Shown piece by piece: positions 63,169-64,000 of a stretch of 64,000 nucleotides of DNA (positions are counted from its first letter, which is position 1; the number at the start of each line of letters is the position of its first letter). Source of the stretch: Heteronotia binoei. Lineage: Eukaryota. The notes under the pieces are model-generated. The model saw only the letters and a list, made by a program, of their open reading frames with translations. It made no database searches and was not told the DNA's origin. A program made the translations under genes and the position numbers. Location of the stretch: the NCBI RefSeq assembly GCF_032191835.1, contig NC_083227.1, positions 55,428,001 to 55,492,000 on the forward strand, read 5' to 3'.

Positions 63169-63639
63169 TATAGAATGGAGTCCATTCTGTCCTAATAACC
63201 TATGTCCTTTGCCTTACAATAGGCCCTGGGGAGAGGCAGTAGTGATCATTAAGCCCCCAGGAGAACCTGTTAGCAGAGAACTGTCTCCCCTCAGAGGTCA
63301 GTGGCCATCTGGTGGGGTTCTCGCCTGACAGGGCTGGCGGTGGATGGGAGAGCGCAGAATCAGTCTATGGCATGCCATAGACAAAGTGCGAACCAATTCT
63401 GTGTAGCCCACATCCAACCAATAAAAATCCTCAGATTTGCCACCATGGTAGGGCTTTTATTATCTAAAGAATTTATTATTATTTATTATTATTATTATTT
63501 AAATTTATGGAATGTTCTGGGTAATTTATAGCATTATTAAAACAATCACAGTAGAACATACTTAAGATACATTTCAGAAATATTAAGCATTAAAAACAAA
63601 TGGCGAATAATAATGTTCTCCTAATTGCACGCTGCCAGC

Positions 63640-64000
63640 TACCTCACAGGTGAGGGGGAGTGAGGATGACACAAACAGACAGGGTATCCACTTAAGATGA
63701 GGCCATCACTGTCCTCAGTTGAAAATCTGGCAGACCATCTCTGCCATACAAGCCCTGCAGAACTGCATAAGGTCTGTAGGAATTGGCAGATAATTCCACC
63801 AGGTTAGGGCCAGGACCAAAGAGGCCCTGGCCCTTGTTGAGGACAGCTGGACATCTTTTAGGGCTGGGGACCACTAACAGGTTGCTATTCTGACAGTGCA
63901 ATGCCCTCCTGGGGACATACTGGAGGAGACAGTCCTGAAGATACATTGATCCCTGATCACTCAAGGCCTTATAGGTCAATACCAAACAGGTCCAGTGCTA
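63640..64000 (-). mobile_element. L2-clade LINE 3' fragment
   Basis: VLTYKALSDQGSMYLQDCLLQYVPRRAL...LLVVPSPK on minus. Confidence 0.8.

Overview
Eukaryotic, repeat-rich vertebrate DNA with two N gaps (9456-9623, 51529-52074). The repeat families (Sauria-type SINE, BovB, CR1, L2, tRNA-head SINEs) indicate a squamate reptile, probably a gecko (inference). There is no prokaryotic-style operon, CRISPR array, rRNA or true tRNA gene, and no host gene could be named. A few short minus-strand segments with good splice signals suggest the window may be intronic to a minus-strand transcript. Recognisable content: (1) the 3' part of a decayed chromodomain-bearing Ty3/Gypsy element with PPT and intact 3' LTR; (2) a 582-bp solo LTR with a 5-bp TSD; (3) two related ~1.3-kb solo LTRs with 4-bp TSDs; (4) CR1, L2, L1 and RTE/BovB LINE fragments; (5) many SINEs and hAT/Harbinger-type non-autonomous elements. 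The most unusual structure is a nest at 48.5-54.3 kb: a CR1 holding two inverted SINEs and a ~3.1-kb hAT-Blackjack-like element. That element contains a GC-rich hairpin minisatellite, G-run repeats, tandem arrays of LINE/SINE 3' tails, a 907-bp near-perfect palindrome and an ETS/CRE motif cluster. Most ORFs in the supplied track are chance or repeat-derived. All alignments and counts were done by eye.
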